Shown here: positions 27,188-37,420 of the stretch, piece after piece
Layout: every line of letters begins with the position of its first letter
Position numbering within the stretch: the first letter of the stretch is position 1
DNA from: a plasmid
Sequence record: NZ_CP110904.1
Strand: one strand, 5' to 3'
DNA length: 64,000 bases
Notes under the pieces: generated by a model
The model's database searches: none
Told to the model about the DNA's origin: nothing
Seen by the model: the letters and a program-made list of their open reading frames with translations, nothing else
Made by a program: the position numbers and the translations under genes

Positions 27188-27401
27188 CATGTCCGAAACT
27201 AAACAGGCGTATTTGATGAAATTTCGTAAGTGCTCTTCATTTGACACACTGGAAAAAGTATTTGAACGACTCTGTGAAAAGAATGTTGGTATAGTTTCAC
27301 TAGAAATTTCCGGGGCATATGACCATCGAAAAGCTGAATTGACAATGAAAAAACTCTACGATAAAGTCCCCGCCAGTGTATGGACCCTGGTTCGTCAGTA
27401 A
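27188..27401 (+). CDS. Hha/YmoA-family modulator (70 aa; H-NS co-regulator family)
   Basis: MSETKQAYLMKFRKCSSFDTLEKVFERLCEKN...DHRKAELTMKKLYDKVPASVWTLVRQ aligns with E. coli Hha (…[21 protein letters not shown]…[25 protein letters not shown]). Confidence 0.85.
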
Positions 27402-27565
27402 AATGAAAATCCCGGGAACCATTATACAGCCGACGTTTAACAAAAAGAGGTTTATGAAATCGTCTGTTGAACATATAAATTTATTAAATTATTTATTACC
27501 ACCTCTGGGAATTAGTTTAATCAGAAAAGTAATAACTTCACTTAAAATGCTTTACTTGCTCTGTT

Positions 27566-28219
27566 GTGGTAAAACGCATGGGAATTAAACCTTTATTAAT
27601 TTTAACTCTTCCATTCATCTCCTTTTATTTAAACGCGGCGAGCCTAAACGAGTTCAGTCAAAAACTGGATGAAGGTTACCGTTACGCCTGTAACGCAACT
27701 CAGACGGGCAACGCAGAGGTTGCCTCTCTGGCGCTTGAGAACTACAGGGCAAATTTCACTACCTCAGACCCAAAAGTTGGTTTCAGCCAGATAATGAATG
27801 ATGAAATAAACAAGGTTGTCTCGAATTTTTTCAGAATGGGCATGATCCAGGGGAACACCAGTACTGCGGCCTGCGAGACGCCTTCGGAGTTGCTGAGTCA
27901 GACCGCTTTGGCGGTATATTCCCGACAGGAAAAGGCGGCGTTGGCATCGAGCCTTGATGCTGTCCGCTTCACTGAATATGCGGCGCAGGCCTACCCGATT
28001 TTTGATTCAATCCGGAGTACAAGCATCAGTGAGGATGAAGTAATTAATCAGATTAATAAAATTGGGAATAATGCAATTATAAATGACAAGAATGCTATTG
28101 ACGCCAGCAATGCGACAAGTGCGATGAAAAACGTAGTGACTGTACTTTTTTCTGCCCGGAGTGACCCGGAACTTATGCAATTTATGATGGGTTATATTGA
28201 TCAACACAAACTGCATTGA
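27566..28219 (+). CDS. Secreted hypothetical protein (217 aa)
   Basis: N-terminal signal-peptide-like MVKRMGIKPLLILTLPFISFYLNAAS. Confidence 0.5.
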   Translation: MVKRMGIKPLLILTLPFISFYLNAASLNEFSQKLDEGYRYACNATQTGNAEVASLALENYRANFTTSDPKVGFSQIMNDEINKVVSNFFRMGMIQGNTSTAACETPSELLSQTALAVYSRQEKAALASSLDAVRFTEYAAQAYPIFDSIRSTSISEDEVINQINKIGNNAIINDKNAIDASNATSAMKNVVTVLFSARSDPELMQFMMGYIDQHKLH

Positions 28220-28510
28220 ATGTAGGGTCCAGTATTTATATTAAATCAGCTTTCGTCCTGAAAGTGAGCCCACTGTTGGAATGCTCACTAATTCCGGTTC
28301 CGTCCGTATTAATAAGTCTCACTGCTGGTGGAGGGACGGGCAACCGGAAAAGTAGCTTTTTACCAGCATAGAATTGCCATCGCTTTATCCATTTGCCCCT
28401 GCCACAGTAATAAAAGCAACTTAAAAACTCATGAAAAAAGACCTCTTATCGAAATGTCATACTGCTTTCGTCCGATATAGTGAATGTCTGTATGCTGCGG
28501 GGGAAATAAC

Positions 28511-29584
28511 ATGCGAAAGAGCTATACCTATGGGATTCCTTTCGGACTCCATCGCGAAACTGGACGGTATCTGGACATCACGGAAGTAAGCAGAGGGAGT
28601 GCATGCAACTGTATCTGCCCCGGGTGTCGTACGGATTTGATCGCCAGGCAGGGTGAGGTCAAACTCTGGCACTATAGCCACACCACGGACCTCTTCGGTG
28701 ATTGTGACGGCTTGATGGAGGCGATTCGGGGAAAAATTATTGAAGTTGTCCGGGAAAGACATCTTCTCGGTTTCCCGCATCTTCTGGCCGGTTATGAAGG
28801 CGGGAAGGTGCCACTTGATGAGGTAAGCGGCAGCGGAAGCATGTTCGGCGCCACGGCAGATCTGTTTGTGAAGGTTAACGACCTCTGTGTCGCCGTGTTT
28901 CTTGATACCGATCGCAGCGTGGCCGGGAAGCTGACGTTCGACCATCTCCATCCCTCGGAAATGGTAGCAGCATTACGTATCGATCTGCCGGATATAGAAT
29001 ACGAAATCAGTCAGGTACAACTTGGCAGGCGAGATGGAACCTACAGCGAACGTATCGAGAAAATTATCATTGATGAGACGGAGTCACGAGAGTGGTTGTA
29101 TCATCCCATGATGCAGGAACTGGGGACTGAACCCCTGAAGGTTTATCAGGGCCGTGAGCCTGCGGAAGCAGGACCACTTCTCCAGCGTCTTTCCGACTGC
29201 TACATGAAGCTGCCGGACATCTTACCCCAGAGCATGAATACGCTGATAAGAATGCAGCAGGACACCATCGTTTGTTTGTGTCGGCTCACCGTCAGAGCAT
29301 CCAATATAGCCCAGACTGATGAATTTCCGCTGTTTATACGTTACTTCCGTCTGCATTGTCTCGACACCAGTGAGCATGTGAATTACGAGAAATTGCTGAA
29401 CTGGCAGGACATGATCACAAAATCACAGGAAGGGCAGTCGCTAACGATGGAGGAACGGGATTATCTCCAGGAAATCGCCCGTATTGGCCTCTACAACCAC
29501 CGACTTAAAAGTGTCTGCCTGACGGCCTGCGAAGACAGTAAGGTGGCAACAACTGAAGGACCAACAAATTTCTCATTGCTCTGA
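28511..29584 (+). CDS. CoiA-like (competence protein CoiA family) predicted nuclease-fold protein
   Basis: N-terminal pattern ACNCICPGCRTDLIARQGEVKLWHYSHTT resembles the CoiA Zn-ribbon plus H-F-A-H motif. SD GGGGAAATAAC before the ATG at 28511. The antisense ORF 28457-28951 is rejected. Confidence 0.55.
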   Translation: MRKSYTYGIPFGLHRETGRYLDITEVSRGSACNCICPGCRTDLIARQGEVKLWHYSHTTDLFGDCDGLMEAIRGKIIEVVRERHLLGFPHLLAGYEGGKVPLDEVSGSGSMFGATADLFVKVNDLCVAVFLDTDRSVAGKLTFDHLHPSEMVAALRIDLPDIEYEISQVQLGRRDGTYSERIEKIIIDETESREWLYHPMMQELGTEPLKVYQGREPAEAGPLLQRLSDCYMKLPDILPQSMNTLIRMQQDTIVCLCRLTVRASNIAQTDEFPLFIRYFRLHCLDTSEHVNYEKLLNWQDMITKSQEGQSLTMEERDYLQEIARIGLYNHRLKSVCLTACEDSKVATTEGPTNFSLL

Positions 29585-29732
29585 AGGGGGCTGGGGAGTT
29601 ACGGGCCTGGCGGGCATGGAAACGTAAACAAAATCTACTTGCTCGCCTTAAGCAGTAATGGGTTGTTCATTTCTTACATGGTCTCAGAGTACCTATCATG
29701 ATCAGTCCGGTAATATAAACTGGCACAGCCAT

Positions 29733-29780
29733 CATAACAGCCCAACGCTAATGGACATACATTAGCGTTGGGCTGTTATG
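29733..29780. repeat. Perfect 21-bp inverted repeat (CATAACAGCCCAACGCTAATG - GACATA - CATTAGCGTTGGGCTGTTATG)
   Basis: Read directly from the sequence. Very stable hairpin on either strand. Confidence 0.85.
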
Positions 29781-30110
29781 GCCGAAAGACTGGATCAGGA
29801 GTTCCGGATTTTTGCGCGGTAGGTGTGTTTGATCCTTTCAATCGTGGCAAGAGATGCATTCCAGTAGCGTTCAGCGTCGGGGCGATATTGGTCATCGAAG
29901 ATGCAAAGATTCAATAATAGTGTAATTAGCGTCTCCTGGCGGCAAAGTCAGTCGCCGGAACTGGTAAACTGTATTCCACCTCACCCGGGCTGGCGGGCGA
30001 CTGACGTCTTGCCGGTTCATAGCCGGTGGTCGCGTCTGACAATGCGGTGTCCTGCCGGTAGTGACGCTGGCAGGGAGGTTTGCCAAATATACCCTACAGG
30101 GACTTCAGGA

Positions 30111-30503
30111 ATGAATACGTTCGAACAGTTTAAAGCACAGGTCACCCAACATGCCTGTGGACTCGGTCCGGAACAACTGGCCGGGTACTGGGGGCGGTCC
30201 ACCAGCGGCGAATGTGTTTCGCCATCGTATGAAGTGTTCAGGGGTTATCCGACCCGCCATCCGCTGGCGGAGTTTGTGGAGATGGCTGCATCCCGCAACG
30301 GCATCAGGCCGGATGACTACCTGGGTGATTTACTCCGGGGGCCGCATGAGGTTGTCGGCTCCCTGACGGATGACAGCACGTCACCCGCCGCCAGCCTGCC
30401 TGTCTATTTCTTCCCGGGTGCCGGGATTTACGCTGCGGCGGTCAGTGATACCGAGGTGCTCGATGTCTGGATGAGCTGGCCTTGCTACCCGGAAAACTGG
30501 TGA
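30111..30503 (+). CDS. Hypothetical protein (130 aa)
   Basis: SD CAGGA before the ATG at 30111. The track ORF from 29901 would run through the hairpin and gene-remnant region. Confidence 0.35.
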   Translation: MNTFEQFKAQVTQHACGLGPEQLAGYWGRSTSGECVSPSYEVFRGYPTRHPLAEFVEMAASRNGIRPDDYLGDLLRGPHEVVGSLTDDSTSPAASLPVYFFPGAGIYAAAVSDTEVLDVWMSWPCYPENW

Positions 30504-31295
30504 ACATCCGAAACCGGGTTAACCGGCCGGGGATGATTTCCACGACAGCTGGTGCGGACGTGATAACACAATTGCATGTCCTCATCCCTAATGCCCCCTG
30601 CCAGACCCGTCCGTGCGGTCAGGCTTCGCCTGATTCCCGATCGGCGCGTATACATCAGGCTATAACTCTTTGTTTTCTTTTTATTTTCTTCCTGTTTACT
30701 CGAAATTCGCGGGCGGCCTTGCCAGGGCACAATTGTCAAATACGTGATACTGATGGCTGCACATTGTTAATGTCGGGCACGATGTTTTGTAGTTAACAAG
30801 CACTAGTTGGATGAGGACATGCAACTTCATGATGTATCTTACGCTGTTGACTCATGGCAGTCGCCAGTTCAGTTACACCATAAACGTTAGCTTTTAATAA
30901 GAGAGGGTTACTATGTTTAGAACTGAGCAAAAGTCAGAGCATTTAGGCCAGGTCATGATGATTGATCCGGAGCTGGTTGGGCAGGGCATAGAGGTTGGAC
31001 AGGTCGTTGTGTTTGATCTGGGGCACGCCAGCAAAGGCGTTGTGCATTTGATGCGCGAAAGCAAAAAGCGTGATTGTTTTTCCCCTACAACAGAGCGCAA
31101 ACAGACTTTCAATATGACCGATCAAACTACCAAGGGAGGTTGATACGGGTAAGACGACTGTGGGGCACATCTCACACTGATGATGAGGTCATGCAACCTA
31201 TTAGTCACCGACTTGGCTGATGTTATGATGTACATCGCTTTCATCTCTTTAGACCGGTCTGAAGTAGAGTCTCAATAATCCGTGAGGAATTCGTT

Positions 31296-32501
31296 ATGAG
31301 CCGTGAAGTACCTGCTGGTAGGTTTTTTTGTATGGATGAGTTCCACAATCATCATATGAACGATGATGTCATTCGCGAAAGGCTCCGCTCAATAGACGGT
31401 ATCCCCGGTGTGAGCTATCAGGTATATGGCGATAATGTTTTCGTGTTCGAGAAACTTGTCCAACTGGTGAAACAGAATGGCCATAACCTGGCAACAGCCT
31501 TAGACCTCGTTCCGCAGGCAACAATGACCGCCTCAGAGGCTATTGAGGAGTGGTCGGTCTTCCCGGCGCCATATTCTCGTGAGATCAATAATACCGACCA
31601 TAGTCAGGCGATCTACCACCCTTATTTCAATGCGTATTTGCCCCGGAAATATCCTGACCGTGACGCCTGTAATGCGGATGCGACCAGATTGCTTCTCGGT
31701 AATCCTGTCGAGGGTGAGGGGGATTTTGTCTACCGGGGGCAGTCCATGATCCTTCGCCAGCCCTTTACACTCGACCGTCTTCCCCCACGGCCTGAATGGG
31801 ATGTGCCGGTGTATGAAAATCCCGGTGCCTACACGCATCTCTGGAACACGGATTTTGTCAGTGGCTTCGCGCCGGTTTCCGAATCTTTGTTTAACGAGGT
31901 TAAATCAGCGGAGTGGGAATGGAACCACGCTATCGCCGCGACATGCGCGTACATGGGAAATCCGGAGTGTTTCGCCTCGTTGTGGCCCCGGGCGGGAGAG
32001 TTCGGACTGGAGCAGCTGGAGCTCAAATCCAGTGACGTTGACGAACTCGATCCGGAATACCACCAGCAATTCCAGGCTATATACCCGGAGCTGTCCATGT
32101 TGTCCCCGGCCGCTATCCAGAGAGCCTATGACGAGTACTGTGAATCGATGTGGGAATACCCTGAGAGGTGCGACGGATTTCTTTATCACCTTATTGGCAG
32201 TACCGTCAGTTCGAATGTGTCCCGCGACAACCCGGAAAAAACAGGAAGACTCATCGCACACGCATGGCTGACAGGAGCCTCGGTTGAGGATGCCTATCGT
32301 TTTGGCTCAGAGGCTCAGCAGTTCGATACCGCTCTTTCTGGGCTGGCGTATCAGGTATCCGTGGCCATGAAATTTGTTGCCGGTGATTCTGCGGCCGCAG
32401 GAAATGAAGGCCATCCGATCAGCACACTTTCCGATACCTTCCGTCAGATGAGAAAAGTAAGTAGTACCCTCCTGACGGCCACACAGAACGGCCGGAAATG
32501 A
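31296..32501 (+). CDS. Hypothetical protein (401 aa)
   Basis: Long ORF. The internal overlapping ORFs on both strands are judged spurious. Confidence 0.5.
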   Translation: MSREVPAGRFFCMDEFHNHHMNDDVIRERLRSIDGIPGVSYQVYGDNVFVFEKLVQLVKQNGHNLATALDLVPQATMTASEAIEEWSVFPAPYSREINNTDHSQAIYHPYFNAYLPRKYPDRDACNADATRLLLGNPVEGEGDFVYRGQSMILRQPFTLDRLPPRPEWDVPVYENPGAYTHLWNTDFVSGFAPVSESLFNEVKSAEWEWNHAIAATCAYMGNPECFASLWPRAGEFGLEQLELKSSDVDELDPEYHQQFQAIYPELSMLSPAAIQRAYDEYCESMWEYPERCDGFLYHLIGSTVSSNVSRDNPEKTGRLIAHAWLTGASVEDAYRFGSEAQQFDTALSGLAYQVSVAMKFVAGDSAAAGNEGHPISTLSDTFRQMRKVSSTLLTATQNGRK

Positions 32502-32745
32502 TAAGCACTAACCAATATGGATTCTAACAAAAAGCACGATGAATACGTCGACTGGCTCATTGAGCAGGCAGACGATCATGAAATAAATGCCATCAGCTCA
32601 GGACTCAGAGATGCGTGGGAACTTTGTACGACCTTTCTGGCCTGTGTTTTGCTCGGCAGTGGGATGGTTCTTGCCTGCTTAAATATCACTCAGTAGGGAA
32701 ATCTGATGACAACTCAAATTGAAGTTATGACGGTCGCTGAGCTGC

Positions 32746-33405
32746 ATGCTCAACTACAACAGCTGGTGGATGATTGGCTCGGAGATATTCCGGTATGTGC
32801 GACAGATCTCCGCGCCCGGTAACGGTACCGGCGGCGACATTTTTCCGGTGAAAACCCAGCAGGACTACCGTGCCGCCTACCGTAAGCTCGAAGCGGATGG
32901 ATATGCACCGGCCGTTATCGAACAAATGACCACAGGCGCTGCCTACAATCTGGCTTATCCACGAATCCCGTTAAAACGCTCTGAGAACGCCACCAGCGAA
33001 CGGAAGCGAAAACCTGACGTGGACATTCAGGGAGAGCCTTGCGAGCGCTTTGTGACCCAGCGGAGCGGCGCAGCGCAGACAAAATTCAAGAATCTCCTTG
33101 TTGAGAATTTCGCGGGTCGGTGTGCGGTCACGGGATGGGTTAATGGTGGTGTGCTGGTAGCGGCTCATATCGAGCATGGGACGCGCTACAACCCTTCGAA
33201 CGGCATCCTGTTGACGCCGACAATGCACGCGCTGTTTGACGCGGATCTGATGGGTATAGACCCGTCCACACTCACCGTTCATTTTAAACCGGGCATCGAG
33301 GCGGGAGAGCTGTTTGAAGGCAAAACGCTCAACCCGTTGGTGTATGACCTGGATACAGACCGGCTGGCTGCTCGCTGGGCTGATTTCCTCGGTACCGAGG
33401 AATAG
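32746..33405 (+). CDS. HNH endonuclease-domain protein (PF13391-like); true start may be internal
   Basis: C-terminal FAGRCAVTGWVNGGVLVAAHIEHGTRYNPSNGILLTPTMHALFDADLMGIDP has the H-N-H spacing. Confidence 0.65.
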   Translation: MLNYNSWWMIGSEIFRYVRQISAPGNGTGGDIFPVKTQQDYRAAYRKLEADGYAPAVIEQMTTGAAYNLAYPRIPLKRSENATSERKRKPDVDIQGEPCERFVTQRSGAAQTKFKNLLVENFAGRCAVTGWVNGGVLVAAHIEHGTRYNPSNGILLTPTMHALFDADLMGIDPSTLTVHFKPGIEAGELFEGKTLNPLVYDLDTDRLAARWADFLGTEE

Positions 33406-33507
33406 ATGGAAAATCCAGCCTATACCGGATGACAGTGTTTCCTGGTTAGGCACCTCATTCTGAGATGTGCTGACTGCACGCCACCATTTTATTGAAAACC
33501 GACAGAG

Positions 33508-33927
33508 TTGATACCACTAATGCCAAATTACCTTACGGGATATTTAAAAGCGACCATTGTTATTTTATCTGCGGGCCTGTCAGGTTGCGACCTGGCAAAT
33601 GGTGCGACGGAAAGTGGAGTGTATCAGAAATACACGAATGGACCTTTCAGGGAGCCGACTATCGTGATGAGTCCGGGCTGGCGAATGGATGACCACGGCA
33701 AGGAAGCACTTATATTCGGGAGCAGCCAATGCCCAGATGCTAACGGCAACACTACGTCTGAGGGCGGTTGCGTCCTCATTGAGAATCACTCTGAGACTGT
33801 CGCGGTCATCGTTGTTGATGCGACAAAGCAATTCCGACGCCAGGAAACATGGACGATTGAACATAAAAAGGATCGGACCATTGTGATGCGCCCGGATAAC
33901 AGTTATGTGATGCCCTGGGTAAAATAG
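33508..33927 (+). CDS. Putative lipoprotein (139 aa)
   Basis: Hydrophobic leader ending in the lipobox LSGC. Confidence 0.4.
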   Translation: MIPLMPNYLTGYLKATIVILSAGLSGCDLANGATESGVYQKYTNGPFREPTIVMSPGWRMDDHGKEALIFGSSQCPDANGNTTSEGGCVLIENHSETVAVIVVDATKQFRRQETWTIEHKKDRTIVMRPDNSYVMPWVK

Positions 33928-34318
33928 CCAATTAAGTTAATCAAATTAGGATTCATACTATGGGCATTCAAGATTTGGTTGGAAAAGAAAGAGAGCTGAT
34001 CGTCGTCGCACTACTGGCCCTGCATCGTGAACGCGTTAATAGTTTTAATTCAGCTTGCACGGCATGTTCATTAGCGGGGAAAGAATGGCCGGAACAGGAA
34101 ATGTTTGGTATTAACGAAGTAATGAATGCCCTCCGCATGGTTGGTGCTTTGCCTGTGAGATAATGAGACCTGCTAGCTTCGCATCTGGCTGATTGATTGC
34201 CTGACCTATAACGGATTTCATGAGTTTTGAAGAGATTCTGATGTGGACGCCGTGAACAGGCCTCTTAGCGACGAGGGCTCGTTTTTATGACTAGGCGTGG
34301 ACGCCAGTGCCAACCTGA

Positions 34319-35260
34319 ATGAACAATGGGATGCAAACCGGAAACAACATGAACACCAGAGTGAATAAGCCTCAACCCGTCAGGCTTCGCCCTGTCTTCC
34401 AGAAACTGGAAGAGCTGGGGTTAACAGGGGAAATTATTTCCATTCGCACGGACGGGAAAACTGGAACCTTAACTCCAGACCTGAAGCCTGGTATCTTCAA
34501 AACGGGTCCCTGCCAAACGAAACGGATCATGACCGGCAACTGGGTTATCGCTGACTCAAGGGACTACTTTGAACATGTTGTTCTGTGTGTTGAGCGTCCA
34601 GACGGAGCCTATGACATATTCACCGGCTCTTTCATAAAATTATATCCGGTTGAAAACTGCAAAAGCAAAATCGTCGAAATGAGTAACCCTGTCCTGGTGG
34701 GCATGACTTACTCCATCCGGAAGGTTTTTAATGGAGGAAAGTTCAGTCGGCGAGGAATTGCCTATCTCTCGATCCCCGCAGTAACATCAACAAAAGTAAC
34801 TTTTCCTTCCCGAACGTATCAGGAGGGGCAGGAACAAATCACAATGTCGAGCCCGGACCAGGCACCATTTTCCGAAGATGTCCGGAAAAACTGCGCCGGT
34901 ACGTGTGTTCTTACCGGCGTTCGAGCCAGACAAAGAACTGAGGCAGCGCACATTAAACCCCGTCATGCTGGTGGTGAGCCGGATGTGACAAACGGGATTC
35001 TACTGCGAAGTGACATCCACACCCTCTTTGACAATTGGCACTTTTCAATCGACCCTGATTCAATGAAAGCCCGTTTCAGCCCGGATGTGCTCTCCGTCGA
35101 TAAAGACTTGCTACAACTGGAAGGCAAGCAAATTGATTTTTCCCGCTTGCAAATGCCTATCAATATTGAATACCTGCGACATCACTGGAACGAATTTTTT
35201 AACCGTCATGGCAATCCATTCAGAAAGAAAGAGCCAAATAATAAAAATCAACAATTATGA
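34319..35260 (+). CDS. HNH endonuclease-domain protein with an unknown ~200-aa N-terminal domain
   Basis: CAGTCVLTGVRARQRTEAAHIKPRHAGGEPDVTNGILLRSDIHTLFDNWHFSIDPDS. The HNH core is the same type as in the 32746 protein. Confidence 0.65.
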   Translation: MNNGMQTGNNMNTRVNKPQPVRLRPVFQKLEELGLTGEIISIRTDGKTGTLTPDLKPGIFKTGPCQTKRIMTGNWVIADSRDYFEHVVLCVERPDGAYDIFTGSFIKLYPVENCKSKIVEMSNPVLVGMTYSIRKVFNGGKFSRRGIAYLSIPAVTSTKVTFPSRTYQEGQEQITMSSPDQAPFSEDVRKNCAGTCVLTGVRARQRTEAAHIKPRHAGGEPDVTNGILLRSDIHTLFDNWHFSIDPDSMKARFSPDVLSVDKDLLQLEGKQIDFSRLQMPINIEYLRHHWNEFFNRHGNPFRKKEPNNKNQQL

Positions 35261-35389
35261 AAAACGCCCAGTTAGCAGCAACATGCACTATGAGGCTATG
35301 TTAGCCTAATGGCATTCTTATTTGATAAAGCTTGCTACAAGAAGTTTTGTCAATGTTCAACCTGTTTATCAAACCTATGGAGATTATTT

Positions 35390-35644
35390 ATGACTGGGAG
35401 TGGTATGAATACTGTACGCATAAACAATGAAGTGAAACACATCTCAGAGTTAGATTCCGAGACCCTTTCTCTTGAATGGAATAAACTGAAAAACGAAAAT
35501 AACGAACTGTATCGCTGCATAAAGGAAGCAAATTCTGGTTGGCGAGGTTTTGTCCTTCGTTTGATAGGGGTTCATCTGCCTGATGGTAAAACAATTGTCA
35601 TTCATGGTGTTAGCACTAAAAATGAATCTACTCACACTGAATAA
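35390..35644 (+). CDS. Small hypothetical protein (84 aa)
   Basis: ORF only (track 35309). Confidence 0.3.
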   Translation: MTGSGMNTVRINNEVKHISELDSETLSLEWNKLKNENNELYRCIKEANSGWRGFVLRLIGVHLPDGKTIVIHGVSTKNESTHTE

Positions 35645-35728
35645 TACACAATAGAAAAACTGTTAGTATCAAAGATCACAATGAGGCTATGTTAGCCTTC
35701 GAACATTCACAAGAACTAAGAAATTCAA

Positions 35729-36040
35729 ATGGCTTACGTTCAATTCGAGGTAAAAATGATGGCAGATATCAATGACTCTTATTATGCTCGTAACGAAAAG
35801 TGGATTAGGCCAGCACTGATTGCTTTTATATTTGCATTTGGCAATAGTCTCGGTGATATTCTCGGGGTTGCGAGCCCCATAGTTTCCACAGCAAGTATGT
35901 GGTTGGCTGCAATTGCGTTTATTATCACTGGTGTAATGGTGATGTTTACAGATACGATTTCAGCACATATTTTAAAATTGTTGGCGGTCGTGGCACTGTT
36001 AGGGGCAGTCATCACTTTAGTGATTCGCTATTTCACATAG
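35729..36040 (+). CDS. Small membrane protein (103 aa)
   Basis: Three hydrophobic segments. Confidence 0.35.
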   Translation: MAYVQFEVKMMADINDSYYARNEKWIRPALIAFIFAFGNSLGDILGVASPIVSTASMWLAAIAFIITGVMVMFTDTISAHILKLLAVVALLGAVITLVIRYFT

Positions 36041-36320
36041 AATCCCTCAATGAATGCACCGCTTGCACGCTTTCTGAGTTATTGTTTCCCTTTATAAACG
36101 TCGGCTTATGTATAGCGTTCATCTGCACAACGGGGACGTTGAGTGAATGAGAACTGCCGGATTGCGTTCCTGCATTACCACAATCAGAGATCCTGGTTGT
36201 GGTTTCTAAGAAAATTCTGAATATCGGTTCATGAGACCGGTGGTTACAACTTGTAATATATTAGACTTAGCTTTTGATTCATATATTTGTACTATACCCA
36301 CATCATTTATATGGATGTAG

Positions 36321-36938
<618 letters not shown>

Positions 36939-36954
36939 CCACAACACTATGAAG

Positions 36955-37134
36955 CGTCTACGTGAAAGGCTTGCTATGGAATCTCAGGTTAAAGACCAGA
37001 ATGCAACCATACGGCGCGCGATGAAGGATCTGAAGAGCATTGGTTATCTTGATTACAACGAGACCAAAAAAGGTCGGGAAATCATGTTCATTGTTCATAA
37101 CCGCTCGGCGCGACTCGCGTTGACCGTCGCATGA
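36955..37134 (+). pseudogene. Possible C-terminal fragment of a replication-initiator-like (Rep) protein
   Basis: MKRLRERLAMESQ...IRRAMKDLKSIGYLDYNETKKGREIMF. It is followed at once by an iteron-like repeat array. Weak call. Confidence 0.25.
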
Positions 37135-37136
37135 AG

Positions 37137-37348
37137 GCGGTCACATTCATAACAATGACGCTACAAGGCGGTCATACTCATAATATTCCAATCAAAAGCG
37201 GTCGTTTTCATAAGTGCAGCCTATTCTGAGGGCTTTACGCCGTTTAAATGAGCCGAGTTTTATGAACGCAGCGATATCTTATCTGTGATCAAGTTATGAA
37301 AGTAACCGCCTGTTATGAATGCTCCCGCCCATTTATGATAGTGACCGC
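37137..37348. repeat. Iteron-like array: 3 direct copies of GCGGTCA-N3-5-TCATAA in 30-bp phase, then 3-4 inverted copies in ~20-bp phase
   Basis: Direct copies GGCGGTCACATTCATAA (37137), GGCGGTCATACTCATAA (37167) and AGCGGTCGTTTTCATAA (37197). Inverted copies TTATGAAAGTAACCGCC (37294), TTATGAATGCTCCCGCC (37313) and TTATGATAGTGACCGC (37333). Confidence 0.7.
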
Positions 37349-37420
37349 TTTCCGTTGGATGTTAGTTATCTACACGAAACAGATATTAAGTTAGCTAAGC
37401 CATTTTTATCGTGAACAGGG

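Noticed and set aside
28457-28951. 164-aa ORF on the minus strand overlapping the 5' half of the CoiA-like gene
   Set aside because: The + strand gene has a strong SD, a recognisable CoiA-like Zn-ribbon/H-x-H pattern and continues for 357 aa. The antisense ORF has no motif and is typical shadow-ORF length.
31533-32271. Cluster of 5 overlapping ORFs on both strands inside 31296-32501
   Set aside because: All are nested in one 401-aa ORF. Their translations are Arg/Ser/Pro-rich junk, so one real gene is more parsimonious.
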